This document shows positions 48,869 through 58,303 of a stretch of DNA of 64,000 nucleotides, one piece after another. Source of the DNA: Candidatus Latescibacterota bacterium (lineage in GTDB: Bacteria > Latescibacterota > UBA2968 > GCA-2709665). The notes under the pieces are model-generated. The model ran no database searches. It saw nothing but the letters and a program-made list of their open reading frames with translations, and was not told the DNA's origin. Location of the stretch: the NCBI GenBank assembly GCA_965208835.1, contig OZ242358.1, positions 864,001-928,000 on the forward strand, written 5' to 3'. How positions within the stretch are numbered: the stretch's first letter is position 1; every line of letters starts with the position of its first letter. A program made the position numbers and the translations under genes.

Positions 48869-49080
48869 CTGATATGACGACCAAAAAATCGGTTCGCGTC
48901 AGAGAATATGCTGCCGAGGTCGAGGTGGAGTTGATCGATGGTGACGCGGGGTGGCCTCCGTATCTTTCGGTGAAGGACGCGGATAAGCTGGATGGTGTTC
49001 GCGAGGCTCTGGAGAGTGGCGATCTGGAGCGCGCATCACAACTCGCGCGGGTGTTCCGCCTGACGCCAATTGAGGCGTGA
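48865..49080 (+). CDS. small protein coupled to DUF4258 (putative antitoxin)
   Basis: YAAEVEVELI..WPPYLSVKDADKLDGVREAL. ATGA overlap and GAGGAG SD. Confidence 0.75.
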   Translation: MTDMTTKKSVRVREYAAEVEVELIDGDAGWPPYLSVKDADKLDGVREALESGDLERASQLARVFRLTPIEA

Positions 49081-49198
49081 AGCCAAACCATCATCGACGA
49101 GACTGACGTCCCGCAGATCCGCGCTGTCCGAACGATTCGGCGTTTCTCCGGCGGTCTTCATATAGGTATGACCTGCGTCGACGGGAAGGAGAATCCGC

Positions 49199-49939
49199 AT
49201 GGGACGATTCGACGCGTATGACCCCATTGCCGGCCTCTACAACAGGCATTGGGGTTATTTTGCAGACAGGATATATCCGGTTCTGGATCGCCTGGTGCTG
49301 CGTGACCTTCCGTCCGGCTGTGCCGTTCTGGATCTCTGCTGTGGTACCGGCCAACTAGCGGCCGTGCTGTCCGAAAAGGGATACGCCGTTACGGGCGTGG
49401 ATGGCTCCGAAGGGATGATCGAGATCGCCAGGAGAAACGCGCCGTGCGTGGAATTCCTCGTCCAGGACGCCCGTGAGCTCTCCCTGTACCGCCATTTTGC
49501 GGCGGTGTTTTCGACCTTTGACAGCCTGAACCACGTGATGAGCCTGGATGAACTGGAGCAGGTGTTTCGAAACGTCCATGCCGTCCTCGAAGCCGGCAGT
49601 TGTTTTGAATTCGACCTCAATATGGAAGAGGGCTACCTGCAGCGCTGGCGCGGCAGCTTCGGAATCGTCGAGGATGATCTCGTGTGCGTGGCGCGATCGT
49701 CGAAGGATGAGGAAGAGAGGATCGGCAGGATGGACCTGACTGTGTTCGAGTCTAAGGGGTCTAGCTGGAAGCGGAAAGATGTTGCGCTGCTGCAACGCTG
49801 GTATTCGGAAAGCGACATCAGGAAACGACTCCGAAGCGCGGGTTTCGAGCGGATCCGGACGTTCGCTTCCAAGGACGGCGTCCTGGAGAGTGCGCCGGAC
49901 ACCACCGGCAGGATGTTCGTCGTGGCGAGGAAGTCGTAG
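49199..49939 (+). CDS. class I SAM-dependent methyltransferase
   Basis: VLDLCCGTG, GVDGS, FDSLNH and FDLN. Confidence 0.92.
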   Translation: MGRFDAYDPIAGLYNRHWGYFADRIYPVLDRLVLRDLPSGCAVLDLCCGTGQLAAVLSEKGYAVTGVDGSEGMIEIARRNAPCVEFLVQDARELSLYRHFAAVFSTFDSLNHVMSLDELEQVFRNVHAVLEAGSCFEFDLNMEEGYLQRWRGSFGIVEDDLVCVARSSKDEEERIGRMDLTVFESKGSSWKRKDVALLQRWYSESDIRKRLRSAGFERIRTFASKDGVLESAPDTTGRMFVVARKS

Positions 49940-49955
49940 GATCGACGCATAGAAG

Positions 49956-49994
49956 AGTCGCGGGAGTGTCGCAAATTGCGACACTCCCGCGACT
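49956..49994. terminator. perfect 39-bp palindrome between convergent genes (terminator and/or enhancer-binding site)
   Basis: AGTCGCGGGAGTGTCGCAA-A-TTGCGACACTCCCGCGACT followed by GTTTT. Confidence 0.7.
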
Positions 49995-50197
49995 GTTTTA
50001 ACGCAAATGTCAACAACGTCGTTGTGTCCGGTGCAGCTTGGCAATGGCGCTGCAGAATGCGCTGGTCAACCGGTGAAGGGGCGGGTCGTACTGAACGCCG
50101 GGCTGAGAGGGGAGAAGCCCGCGTTCAGTGTGAAGTCGAGGCCGGATGTCCTCGGTCGACAGTTTCGCGGACTCTCAGCCCGGATGCCGTATGCGTT

Positions 50198-52141
50198 TCA
50201 GTCCTTGTCAATGTTGTACTTCTTGAGTTTACGGTGCAGAGTCGCCCGGTGGATGCCCAGCGCGTGCGCGGCGCGCGTGATGTTGTCGCCGGCGGCTTCG
50301 AGGGCCACGTACAGGGCCTGCCTTTCGACCTCCTTGAGTGAGAGGACCGGCGTCGAAACGGCGGAGTCTTGTCCGGATGCAATTGCCGGCGACAGTTGAG
50401 GCGGCAGATTGCCGGCCTGGATTACAGTTTCCGTTTCCAGAAGCACGGCGCGTTCGATGGCGTTTTCCAGTTCGCGAACGTTACCCGGCCATTCATACTG
50501 CAGCAACAGGCGCATGGCTGCGGTGGAGATGCCTCTGATGTTCTTGTTCAGCCGTTCGGTGTACTTCCCGATAAAGTGTTCGGCAAGCAGGGGAATATCC
50601 TCCTGCCGCTCTCGGAGTGACGGAATCGAGATCGGAAAGGCTGCGACTCGATAGAACAGGTCTTCACGGAAATCGCCCTTCCGTACCGCGCTCTCCAGGT
50701 CTTTGTTGGTGGCCGTTATCACCCGGATGTCGACGGATATCGGGGCTTTCCCTCCTATCCGCTGGATTTCCCGTTCCTGCAGCACACGCAGTAGTGTCCC
50801 CTGCAGGGCATAAGGGAGGTCGCCAATTTCGTCTATTAGAATTGTACCCCGGTTTGCACGTTCGAATGCGCCGACTCTCCGCGTTGTTGCGCCCGTGAAG
50901 GCTCCTTTTTCGTGTCCGAAAAGCTCGCTCGCGATAAGTGTCTCGGGTATGGTCGCGCAATCGAGTGCCACGAACGGACCTTCTCTTCGCGAACTGTTAA
51001 AGTGAAACGACCTTGAAACAAGCTCTTTGCCGGTGCCGCTCTCGCCTCGGATCAGCACCGTAATATCGCTCTCCGCGGCCTGTTTCATCAGTGCGTACAC
51101 ACGTTGCATGCCTCTGCTCGTGCCGACCATTCCCGCAAAGGAAGAGGTCGTTTCCAATTCGGTGCGCAGACGCTGGACCTCCGCCTTCATCTGCTCGGCG
51201 TCGATCTCCCTTGACACGTCGCGATAAAGCGTAAGGCTACCGATAACGTCTCCTTGTCCATCGCTTACCGGTGCGGTTGAGCGATAAAACAGACGTCGCT
51301 TCTGCAACCCGCCCGCCCCGGTTGTTTCCACAACGTCTCCGCCATCGGATAGGAACCTGCCCTCAATGTGGCCCAGGTCAGGTTCCCGGAACCGTTCCGC
51401 GAATCTCGCCGCAAGATCACCCGGCGGGAGTGTTTCCAGATCGGTCTCATCCAGACCGAGCAGATTCAGGTACATCTCGTTGGCAAATGCCAATCGCCCT
51501 GTGACGTCGTGCATGGCAATGGCATCGCCGGTTGCGTTCAACAAGGCTCTCAGCCTTCCATGGCTGACAGTGAGTTGGCGTCTCTGTTCCACCAACTCCT
51601 GTTCGACGTTCCACTTTCCGACCAACGAGAGGGTAATCTGTTGTATTTCCTCGTGCGTAAAGGGCTTTCGTATATAGAGCAGTTTGTGTAGCAACTCCAT
51701 GTCGGAGACGATTTCGGGCAGCGATCTGTCGGTGTAAGCAGTCATAATCACGATTTCGATGTCGCGGTCGAACTCCCTCACTCTGCGGACCGTTTCTATG
51801 CCATCGATGCCAGGCGGCATTCGAATATCGATATACGCCACTGCGATCGGACTGTTCGATTCCCTACCTCCCCTTATAATCTCGCAGGCTTCCTCCCCGT
51901 TGTTTGCGTGCAGCAACTCGAACTCCGGGAGATAGTCTCCCTCCTGTTCACGCACGAACGCAGCCGTCAGTTCGTCATCCGGTGTGATCGCGATGCCGGA
52001 ACAGAGCATTTCCGTAAAGTCGTCGTGGATTTCGGGCTGATCATCCACGATGAGAACGCGATTGTTTCCTTGATTTAAGGTTTCCATCGACCACCTTCGA
52101 ATCGGTCCGGCCGGCAGTATGCCTGTGAATGGTGCATTCAT
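50198..52141 (-). CDS. sigma54-dependent response regulator (REC-PAS-AAA+-Fis HTH)
   Basis: VLIVDD, DIRMPPG, GESGTGKE, GAFTGA, WPGNVRELEN and LGIHRATLHRKL. Alternative start at 52087. Confidence 0.93.
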   Translation of the reverse strand: MNAPFTGILPAGPIRRWSMETLNQGNNRVLIVDDQPEIHDDFTEMLCSGIAITPDDELTAAFVREQEGDYLPEFELLHANNGEEACEIIRGGRESNSPIAVAYIDIRMPPGIDGIETVRRVREFDRDIEIVIMTAYTDRSLPEIVSDMELLHKLLYIRKPFTHEEIQQITLSLVGKWNVEQELVEQRRQLTVSHGRLRALLNATGDAIAMHDVTGRLAFANEMYLNLLGLDETDLETLPPGDLAARFAERFREPDLGHIEGRFLSDGGDVVETTGAGGLQKRRLFYRSTAPVSDGQGDVIGSLTLYRDVSREIDAEQMKAEVQRLRTELETTSSFAGMVGTSRGMQRVYALMKQAAESDITVLIRGESGTGKELVSRSFHFNSSRREGPFVALDCATIPETLIASELFGHEKGAFTGATTRRVGAFERANRGTILIDEIGDLPYALQGTLLRVLQEREIQRIGGKAPISVDIRVITATNKDLESAVRKGDFREDLFYRVAAFPISIPSLRERQEDIPLLAEHFIGKYTERLNKNIRGISTAAMRLLLQYEWPGNVRELENAIERAVLLETETVIQAGNLPPQLSPAIASGQDSAVSTPVLSLKEVERQALYVALEAAGDNITRAAHALGIHRATLHRKLKKYNIDKD

Positions 52142-52167
52142 GTGTCTTCCTGCCCTTCACCGTATAT

Positions 52168-52183
52168 AGCATTATTTATGCCA
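52168..52183 (-). promoter_or_regulatory. sigma54 (-24/-12) promoter
   Basis: The minus strand reads TGGCATAAATAATGCT (GG-N10-GC), 26 nt upstream of ATG 52141. Confidence 0.7.
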
Positions 52184-52260
52184 ATTATCATCTAAACCGA
52201 CTAGGTCATTGAATATTAGTGGTTTAGGGCACATGCGAACATGGTGGCGGGTTCTACGTA

Positions 52261-52415
52261 TGTTGCATTCTGCGCCGCCCCGGAATTACGGCGTGGTTGC
52301 GCGGAAATTGGACGGCCGATTTACAAATTACTGTTTATATGTAGCTTTCGAGACAGTCCCGTCGAAAATATAGTAAAAGTGTTGCAAGACGCGACCGTAG
52401 TCGCTTTTTGCAACG
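52261..52415. promoter_or_regulatory. putative enhancer sites for a sigma54 activator
   Basis: Three imperfect TGTYGCA-N3-TGCRACA 17-mers at 52261-52277, 52380-52396 and 52399-52415. Confidence 0.55.
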
Positions 52416-52511
52416 CCATTTTCAGTTCTTCCTGATGGAAATCATCGTGCCGACTGGCTGGCTTGTGCGGACGAAGGGCCGGAATCGAAAACGCGCGCTT
52501 GAGACACATTG

Positions 52512-54635
52512 TCATTCGCTCTCCGCGTCTACCCGAGAGGCTACCGCGGGAAGCGGCCACGTAACGCGCATTGTTGTTCCCATTCCTGAGCCCTCACTTA
52601 TCGGTTCAATTCTTCCCCCCGAAGCTATGACGAAGTTAGCCGCGGAATGGAGGCCGAGCCCGCTTCCGGATTTTTTTGTCGTAAAGCCGGGAGTAAAGAG
52701 TACCCGCGTGTCTTTGTTCTGAATGCCGATGCCGTTATCGATAACTTCCAGGACGAGATGCTCACTCACGTTTTTGGCCACAACGCGGATATGGGGCGAT
52801 TCGAGGAGTCCGTGCAGCGTAGCGAGTTCGTCGATGGCTTCAATCGAATTCTTAACCAGATTGACCAGCATTTGGTGAAACTGACTCTCCCGGACGCGAA
52901 TCTGCCGGGGTGCGTTCTTGCACTCAACATCGGCCCTGATTCCCCTGTTGTTGAGGGTGTCCCTCAATACGCGCAACGCCCCCGAGAGTGCATCGTAGAG
53001 GTCGATATCCTTGCGATCCATGTTGGACGGGTCGAGGGTCCTCTGAGTGCGAATGACATCCGCAATGCGATTGGCGCGATCCCTGACGCGGACGACAGTA
53101 TTCATCAATTCGTCATTTCTCCGGCCGAAGTCTTCAGCAAGCTTGATGATAAATGGCATCACCTTTCGTCCCTGAGGGTCGTTTGCGATATAGTCGATCC
53201 AGTTGTTCTGATGCGCGCCGATTGCATTGGCAAGTGCCAACAGGCGACGACCGGCCTGATCCTTCGTCAACTTGCGGCGGACGGTCTCAATTCCCGTAGT
53301 GACACTGTTCATCGCGTTGCCAATGTTGTGAAGAATAGTGTCGACCATCTCCAACCGCCCCTGGTCGAACGCTCGCGACAAGGCCTCTTCCGCGAGTACT
53401 CGCTCGGTAACATCGCGGAATATAACAACGCCGCCCCTGATTTCCCCCGACCCGTCGAGGAGGGGTCTTCCGCTCATTCTGATGTAGACGCCGTCCTGCT
53501 TATTCTCGTTCCTTATGAATACGTCCTTCTCATCTGCGGATTCGCCGTGCCGAATGGCTCGCATCAGCGGCATGTCTTCCAATTTCATAGGCGTTTTCCG
53601 ATCAGGAAAGTACACACCATGTCTCGCAGCGCAGTCGTCCGGAAACCCGTCGTTTATGTCCACACCGACGATTTGCCGTGCCCCTGGATTCACATAGAGA
53701 AACTTCCCGCCGGTGTCCGCAACGATGATGCCGTCGCTGATGCTATTGAGAATCGTCTCCATCAAATTGGCCTGTTCCTGCAGTTCGGCGACCGTACGTT
53801 CTAACTTGGCTTCCGCTTGCTTCAACTTCGTGACGTCCCGTATAACCGCCACAGCACCCTTTGGTAACCCCGCCTTATCGCGCAATGGTCTGGCGTTGAC
53901 ACTCACCTGGACACCATCGGGCTTCTGGGGGTTACGGATCAAAAACTCGGTTTCTTCTGTCGGCTGACCTCTGAGGGCAAGCATCAGCGGATTCAGGTCG
54001 TCGCTGAGGACGGTCTCACCGTCGGGTTGAAAGACACCGTACCTTTCCGGCCATCTGGTGATGTCCTTTTCCAGGGGATGGCTGCCGCCAATGCGCGGAC
54101 CGCTTGAATTGTGAAACAGAATCGCCCCGTCTTCGTCAACGGCCACCACGCCCTCGCTCATACTGTTAAAGACGGTCTCCATCAGCTCAGCATGACATTT
54201 CGATTCTTCGATGGATTGTTCCAGACGAACACGCGTTTCTCGATGCCTGCGTTCCCTTTCGTGCAGGCACGTGGCGGTTTGGATGATCAGGTGGAGCTGG
54301 CAAGCGTCGACGGGCTTGAAAACGTAGCCGTAGGGATTCGTTGCCTGCGACCGTTCGAAGATGTCTCCCTCGGCCACTTCGGTCAGGTACACGACCGGTA
54401 CGCCAGGACTGCGGCGAAGTTGGTCGCCGAGTTCCGGGCCCGTAAGGCCTTCACGGATGTCAAGATCAACCAGGGCAAGGTCGGGACGCAATTCCAGTGC
54501 GACCCGTACGGCGTCGCCTGCGTCGGAAACCAGGGTGGCAACGGCGTAACCCATTTTCGTCAGGAGCGCTTCCAATTGCGCTGCAATCGGCTCTTCGTCA
54601 ACTATAATCATGATCTTCCTGCCTGAATTCGCCAT
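52512..54635 (-). CDS. hybrid sensor histidine kinase (REC-PAS-PAS-HisKA-HATPase)
   Basis: N-terminal REC, two PAS repeats, H-box LHNIGN, NLVKNS, DNGIG, FTTK and GSGLGL. Confidence 0.92.
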   Translation of the reverse strand: MANSGRKIMIIVDEEPIAAQLEALLTKMGYAVATLVSDAGDAVRVALELRPDLALVDLDIREGLTGPELGDQLRRSPGVPVVYLTEVAEGDIFERSQATNPYGYVFKPVDACQLHLIIQTATCLHERERRHRETRVRLEQSIEESKCHAELMETVFNSMSEGVVAVDEDGAILFHNSSGPRIGGSHPLEKDITRWPERYGVFQPDGETVLSDDLNPLMLALRGQPTEETEFLIRNPQKPDGVQVSVNARPLRDKAGLPKGAVAVIRDVTKLKQAEAKLERTVAELQEQANLMETILNSISDGIIVADTGGKFLYVNPGARQIVGVDINDGFPDDCAARHGVYFPDRKTPMKLEDMPLMRAIRHGESADEKDVFIRNENKQDGVYIRMSGRPLLDGSGEIRGGVVIFRDVTERVLAEEALSRAFDQGRLEMVDTILHNIGNAMNSVTTGIETVRRKLTKDQAGRRLLALANAIGAHQNNWIDYIANDPQGRKVMPFIIKLAEDFGRRNDELMNTVVRVRDRANRIADVIRTQRTLDPSNMDRKDIDLYDALSGALRVLRDTLNNRGIRADVECKNAPRQIRVRESQFHQMLVNLVKNSIEAIDELATLHGLLESPHIRVVAKNVSEHLVLEVIDNGIGIQNKDTRVLFTPGFTTKKSGSGLGLHSAANFVIASGGRIEPISEGSGMGTTMRVTWPLPAVASRVDAESE

Positions 54636-54996
54636 TTCTCTCGCTTTCTACGTGTACATTTCTTGCGAAGTATCGGAAGTTTGGCACATCATGAGTCAAT
54701 CAGCAAAGAAAGAAGCCGGAATACGTCCGCTCCTTCGGGCGACCGATGTCAAATTGCAGATTGAGACACTTCACTGTGCAGAGCGTTCAGACTCCGGGAG
54801 AAATCCCTTGTGGGTCTTTGCATCTCCGATACCGAAGCTGAGAGGCAGGACATATGGTAGCTTGTGGACTGGATGTGTCCGGTGAGCGGTTCACTTTTCG
54901 TGCAGGTCGACCCGGTATCCGTTTCCAGGTTCTGTTTGGATTCGGCTCGCATGTTTCATCAAGCCTGGATAGTGGCTGAACACCGTTGTGTCGTGT

Positions 54997-56229
54997 TCAC
55001 TCCGCCCGCGGACTCTCCCACGCCACCCGTATCCCCCGCTTCCTGAATTCGACAATGTGCGTTTGTATGGACTCCTTTGACAGGGGATTCCCCCGAACGA
55101 TCAGCCTCGTCAGGTTCTCGAGCCCGGCAAGGTGCGACAGGTCGGTCACGCGGTTATGTGCGAGGTCGAGGGTCTCCAGGTTGTTCAGCGCCGCCAACGG
55201 CTGAACGTCGCTGATGGCGTTATTGTCGAGGTAAAGGTGTTCGAGATCAGGCAACTCCGAAATGGGCGATACGTCGGTTATGCCGTTGTGCCCAAGATGC
55301 AGCCTCTCCATATGGATTAGACCGGAAAGCGCGTTCAGATCGCTGATTGCGTTCCTTTCCACGTAGAGACGCTTCAGATTCGACAATCCCGCCAGAGCCG
55401 CGAAATCGCTGACTCCGTTTCTGTCCAGATCCAGTTCCTTCAGATTTTTGAGCGCTGACAATGGCGTCAGTTCACTGATTCCGTTGCTGTCGAGACCCAG
55501 CACGGTGAGGTTCGCCAAATCCGACAGGGGCGCGATGTCACTGATGCCGTTGCCATCGAGATCCAGCTCCTTCAGGTTCTTCAATCCGGACAGCGGCCTC
55601 AGGTCGGAAATGCCATTGCCTTCGAGACGGAGCCCCGTCAGATTGGTCAGTCCCGCCAGGGGTATCAGATCCGAGATCCCGTTGTTGTCAAGATCCAGCT
55701 CCTTCAGTTCATTCAGTCCGGATAGCGGTGCGATGTGACTAATGCCATTGCCTTCAAGACGTAGCCTCTTCAGATTCGCCAGCCCGGAAAGCGGAGATAC
55801 GTCATCGATGCCGTTGTCGGCAAGATACAGCCTTTCGAGGTTTATCAGCCCCGAGAGAGGGGTAATGTCACTGATGCGATTGCCTTCAAGGCGAAGCCTC
55901 TTCAGATTTGCCATCCTCGATAGGGGAGAAAGATCGGTGATGTCGTTTGCATCGAGATTCAGCGACACCAGGTTCCTGGCGTGCTCCAGTCCGTCGAGAC
56001 TCGCGATGCTGTCATTCCGCGCCGTCAGACGCGACAGTCCCGCCAGATCGGTCGTGGAGATGGATTCGTCGACCGCCTTGTTTATAGAATCACGGATAAC
56101 CGCTCGCAATCGGTCGTCAGGAATCAACGATTTCGGGGATTCGGGCGCCTGTGGTCCCGCGGCTTCCCGCGGACCGGCGCAATTGAGTAAGCCAAGGACG
56201 GCCATCAACACGAACACTCTGCAGAGCAT
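54997..56229 (-). CDS. internalin-like leucine-rich-repeat lipoprotein
   Basis: Lipobox LLNC, IPDDRLRAVI cap, and about 14 repeats of the 22-aa LxxLxNLxxLxLxxNxIxDxxP. Confidence 0.9.
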   Translation of the reverse strand: MLCRVFVLMAVLGLLNCAGPREAAGPQAPESPKSLIPDDRLRAVIRDSINKAVDESISTTDLAGLSRLTARNDSIASLDGLEHARNLVSLNLDANDITDLSPLSRMANLKRLRLEGNRISDITPLSGLINLERLYLADNGIDDVSPLSGLANLKRLRLEGNGISHIAPLSGLNELKELDLDNNGISDLIPLAGLTNLTGLRLEGNGISDLRPLSGLKNLKELDLDGNGISDIAPLSDLANLTVLGLDSNGISELTPLSALKNLKELDLDRNGVSDFAALAGLSNLKRLYVERNAISDLNALSGLIHMERLHLGHNGITDVSPISELPDLEHLYLDNNAISDVQPLAALNNLETLDLAHNRVTDLSHLAGLENLTRLIVRGNPLSKESIQTHIVEFRKRGIRVAWESPRAE

Positions 56230-56944
56230 GTTGTTCCTCAACGATCAGACTCCGACTTTTATACGCGTGATTTTCTGCCGGCAGACGTAACAATCAGCCT
56301 GCTGCAGTCACGTCATACAACAAGCGTCCGAAACACAATTCGCGTTCGGGGTCAACGTCGACCGCGGCGACATCCGCCGACATCTGCGCATCGCTCTCAC
56401 ATCAGTAAGTCCCCGCAACCTATGATGCAGAAAGCAACGGAAAGTTGACGTGGGATTGACTGCTTTTTCGGCAGGTAACGGGCAGCGGCAGGACGGCGCC
56501 GGACGCCAGAACCGTCATGAGGGAAGGGCCCCCGGCATATGGCCGCCCTTGCAGGGGGTCAAGCCCGGTTTGACCGCCGCCCGTTGCAAATCCGGCGTGC
56601 TTGATGTCCATGACAATGATGTGAGCCGATTTGGTCTACACCGATTTTTCGTTATCGTGACGAGCAGAAAGAGGGCTCACAGCGTCGTACAGACGCACTC
56701 GCCATTCGCCCAGGCGTAAGCAGCGAACGGCTGATCCTGCACCCGCCGGTGAGGACGCTCGTCATCGAGACTGTCAGATCCGGAAATCGGGGGCGGCAGG
56801 ACAGCACCGGCGCCGAAGGAGGTTTGTTTGGGGGCGCCGGCATTGGCTGACCTTGCGGATCGTCACGTCAGAATCCGGTTTGACCGCCCCGTCGCCGCGG
56901 GATTCGGCGCCCCTCAAAGCGGAACAACATGGATAATGCCTCGT

Positions 56945-57109
56945 CTATGTTTCTTCGACGGCGCGCTTTTCCTCTTCCAGCGTCTTGATCATTCGCCGGG
57001 CGATCTCGATAGCGGTATCCACGGTTGCCTGTTCGTGCCACGTGTTGTCAGACCTGGCGGCCCCGCAAATCGCCATCCCGGCAAAAAACTCCAGTTTCGT
57101 AAGTTCCAT
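56945..57109 (-). CDS. small hypothetical protein with a phage-type LTKxExFAxxA motif
   Basis: MELTKLEFFAGMAICG...AIEIARRMIKTL. AAGGAG SD. Confidence 0.6.
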   Translation of the reverse strand: MELTKLEFFAGMAICGAARSDNTWHEQATVDTAIEIARRMIKTLEEEKRAVEET

Positions 57110-57276
57110 TGTGCACTCCTTGGATTTCATCTGGAAACACCATTCTAAAACTGAACCATGTATATCCCACTAGAATCGCCGCATACACCAGTTGAACCCC
57201 GGGCAGCGATCCCGAGAGGCGCCTCCTGCCAGCTGCCTTCACGCATTGGATTTGCGGGGTACCGGAACCGCCTTCG

Positions 57277-57441
57277 TCAGATTTCCCGATGCGGTCCGGC
57301 ACTGACGGCCAGATAGCCTTCGATCTCAGCAACGCGCTTGAGCAGATGATCCACTTTGGATGAAAGGGACATCAGATAGCTCAATGCGACCAATGTCGCA
57401 ACGAGACACACTATCGAAACGACCAGAACTAGCACGAGCAT
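57277..57441 (-). CDS. small single-pass membrane protein (54 aa)
   Basis: Manual translation MLVLVLVVSIVCLVATLVALSYLMSLSSKVDHLLKRVAEIEGYLAVSAGPHREI. GGGAG SD. Too short to appear in the ORF track. Confidence 0.5.
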   Translation of the reverse strand: MLVLVLVVSIVCLVATLVALSYLMSLSSKVDHLLKRVAEIEGYLAVSAGPHREI

Positions 57442-57851
57442 TCGAACTCCCGTCTGACGTTTTAGGGTATCAATTCACGGCCGGAAATGCAGCGGCGCAC
57501 GGCAACGAGCATCGCGATTGACGTCGCCGTTTTCCCTCCACACACGGGAGTGTCCGGCTCCAGGTCGGCGAGGCTGACCAAAGGCACGGCAATCGGCCTC
57601 GAAAGCGAGCCGGCTCACTGTTCAGGTATCCCCGTTGTTTTTCAAACAAACGAATAAGATATGGATAATCCGTCGAATTAACTTTGAATTTTTGGTCGTT
57701 TTTGTTGATTTTTTAATGATTTTCGGGCGATTTCGCGTCGCTCGGAACAAACAGACGCGACAACGACGATTATTCCGCCCTGGGATTGAAACGTCGATCA
57801 GAAAGTCATCTGGATTGGGATGGTCGAATCCGGAGGGTATGAGTACGGGTC

Positions 57852-58026
57852 GTACCGGGAGCTGTCAGGCAGAGACATGGAAGACTGTGGAGGCGAGGGC
57901 CCTGGTTGAATCGCGGCAGCCGGTGAATCAATGCAACGACGAACAGGGAATCATTGGGGAACCGACGCCGCAAAAAAGGGAGAGGCGGCTGTGCTGCCTG
58001 CCACGTTGGGGCGAATGGTGGAGCGG
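57852..58026 (+). mobile_element. possible degenerate IS607/tnpB right end (omega-RNA scaffold remnant)
   Basis: The ordered motifs GTACCGGGAG..CTGTGGAG..GCCCTGG..ACAGGGAA..GGAGCGG recall tnpB 3' ends (from memory). No tnpB ORF. Confidence 0.35.
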
Positions 58027-58094
58027 ACACCCTTGCCTGCTCAATTCCAATCGTATCGACAGGAAGACCCGAATCTGCCTCGACAATCCGAATT

Positions 58095-58187
58095 GTAGGG
58101 GCAGGTTTCAAACCTGCCCGATGCTCCATCTATCTGCATTCCGACAGGAGAACCATGACGTGGGCAGACAGGAATGTCCGCCCCACC
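58095..58187. repeat. two REP-like palindromes
   Basis: GTAGGGGCAGGTTTCAAACCTGCCC (58095-58119) and GGGCAGACAGGAATGTCCGCCCCACC (58162-58187). Confidence 0.7.
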
Positions 58188-58303
58188 CTCACGTCTGGTT
58201 CCTCAAGGGCTCGGCAAGTCGCTACGCGCGGTGGGTTGAATTGGTGTTGTCGGGCAGAAAAAGCGTGCCGACGGCAGCCGAAAGCCGCTGTACCGGTCAC
58301 TCC

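Noticed and set aside
26100-49939. Classical integron
   Set aside because: No tyrosine recombinase and no recurring attC-like inverted core sites found by eye.
57757-57900. CRISPR array
   Set aside because: Only one repeat-like unit, no second copy at spacer distance and no cas genes. Kept only as a speculative finding.
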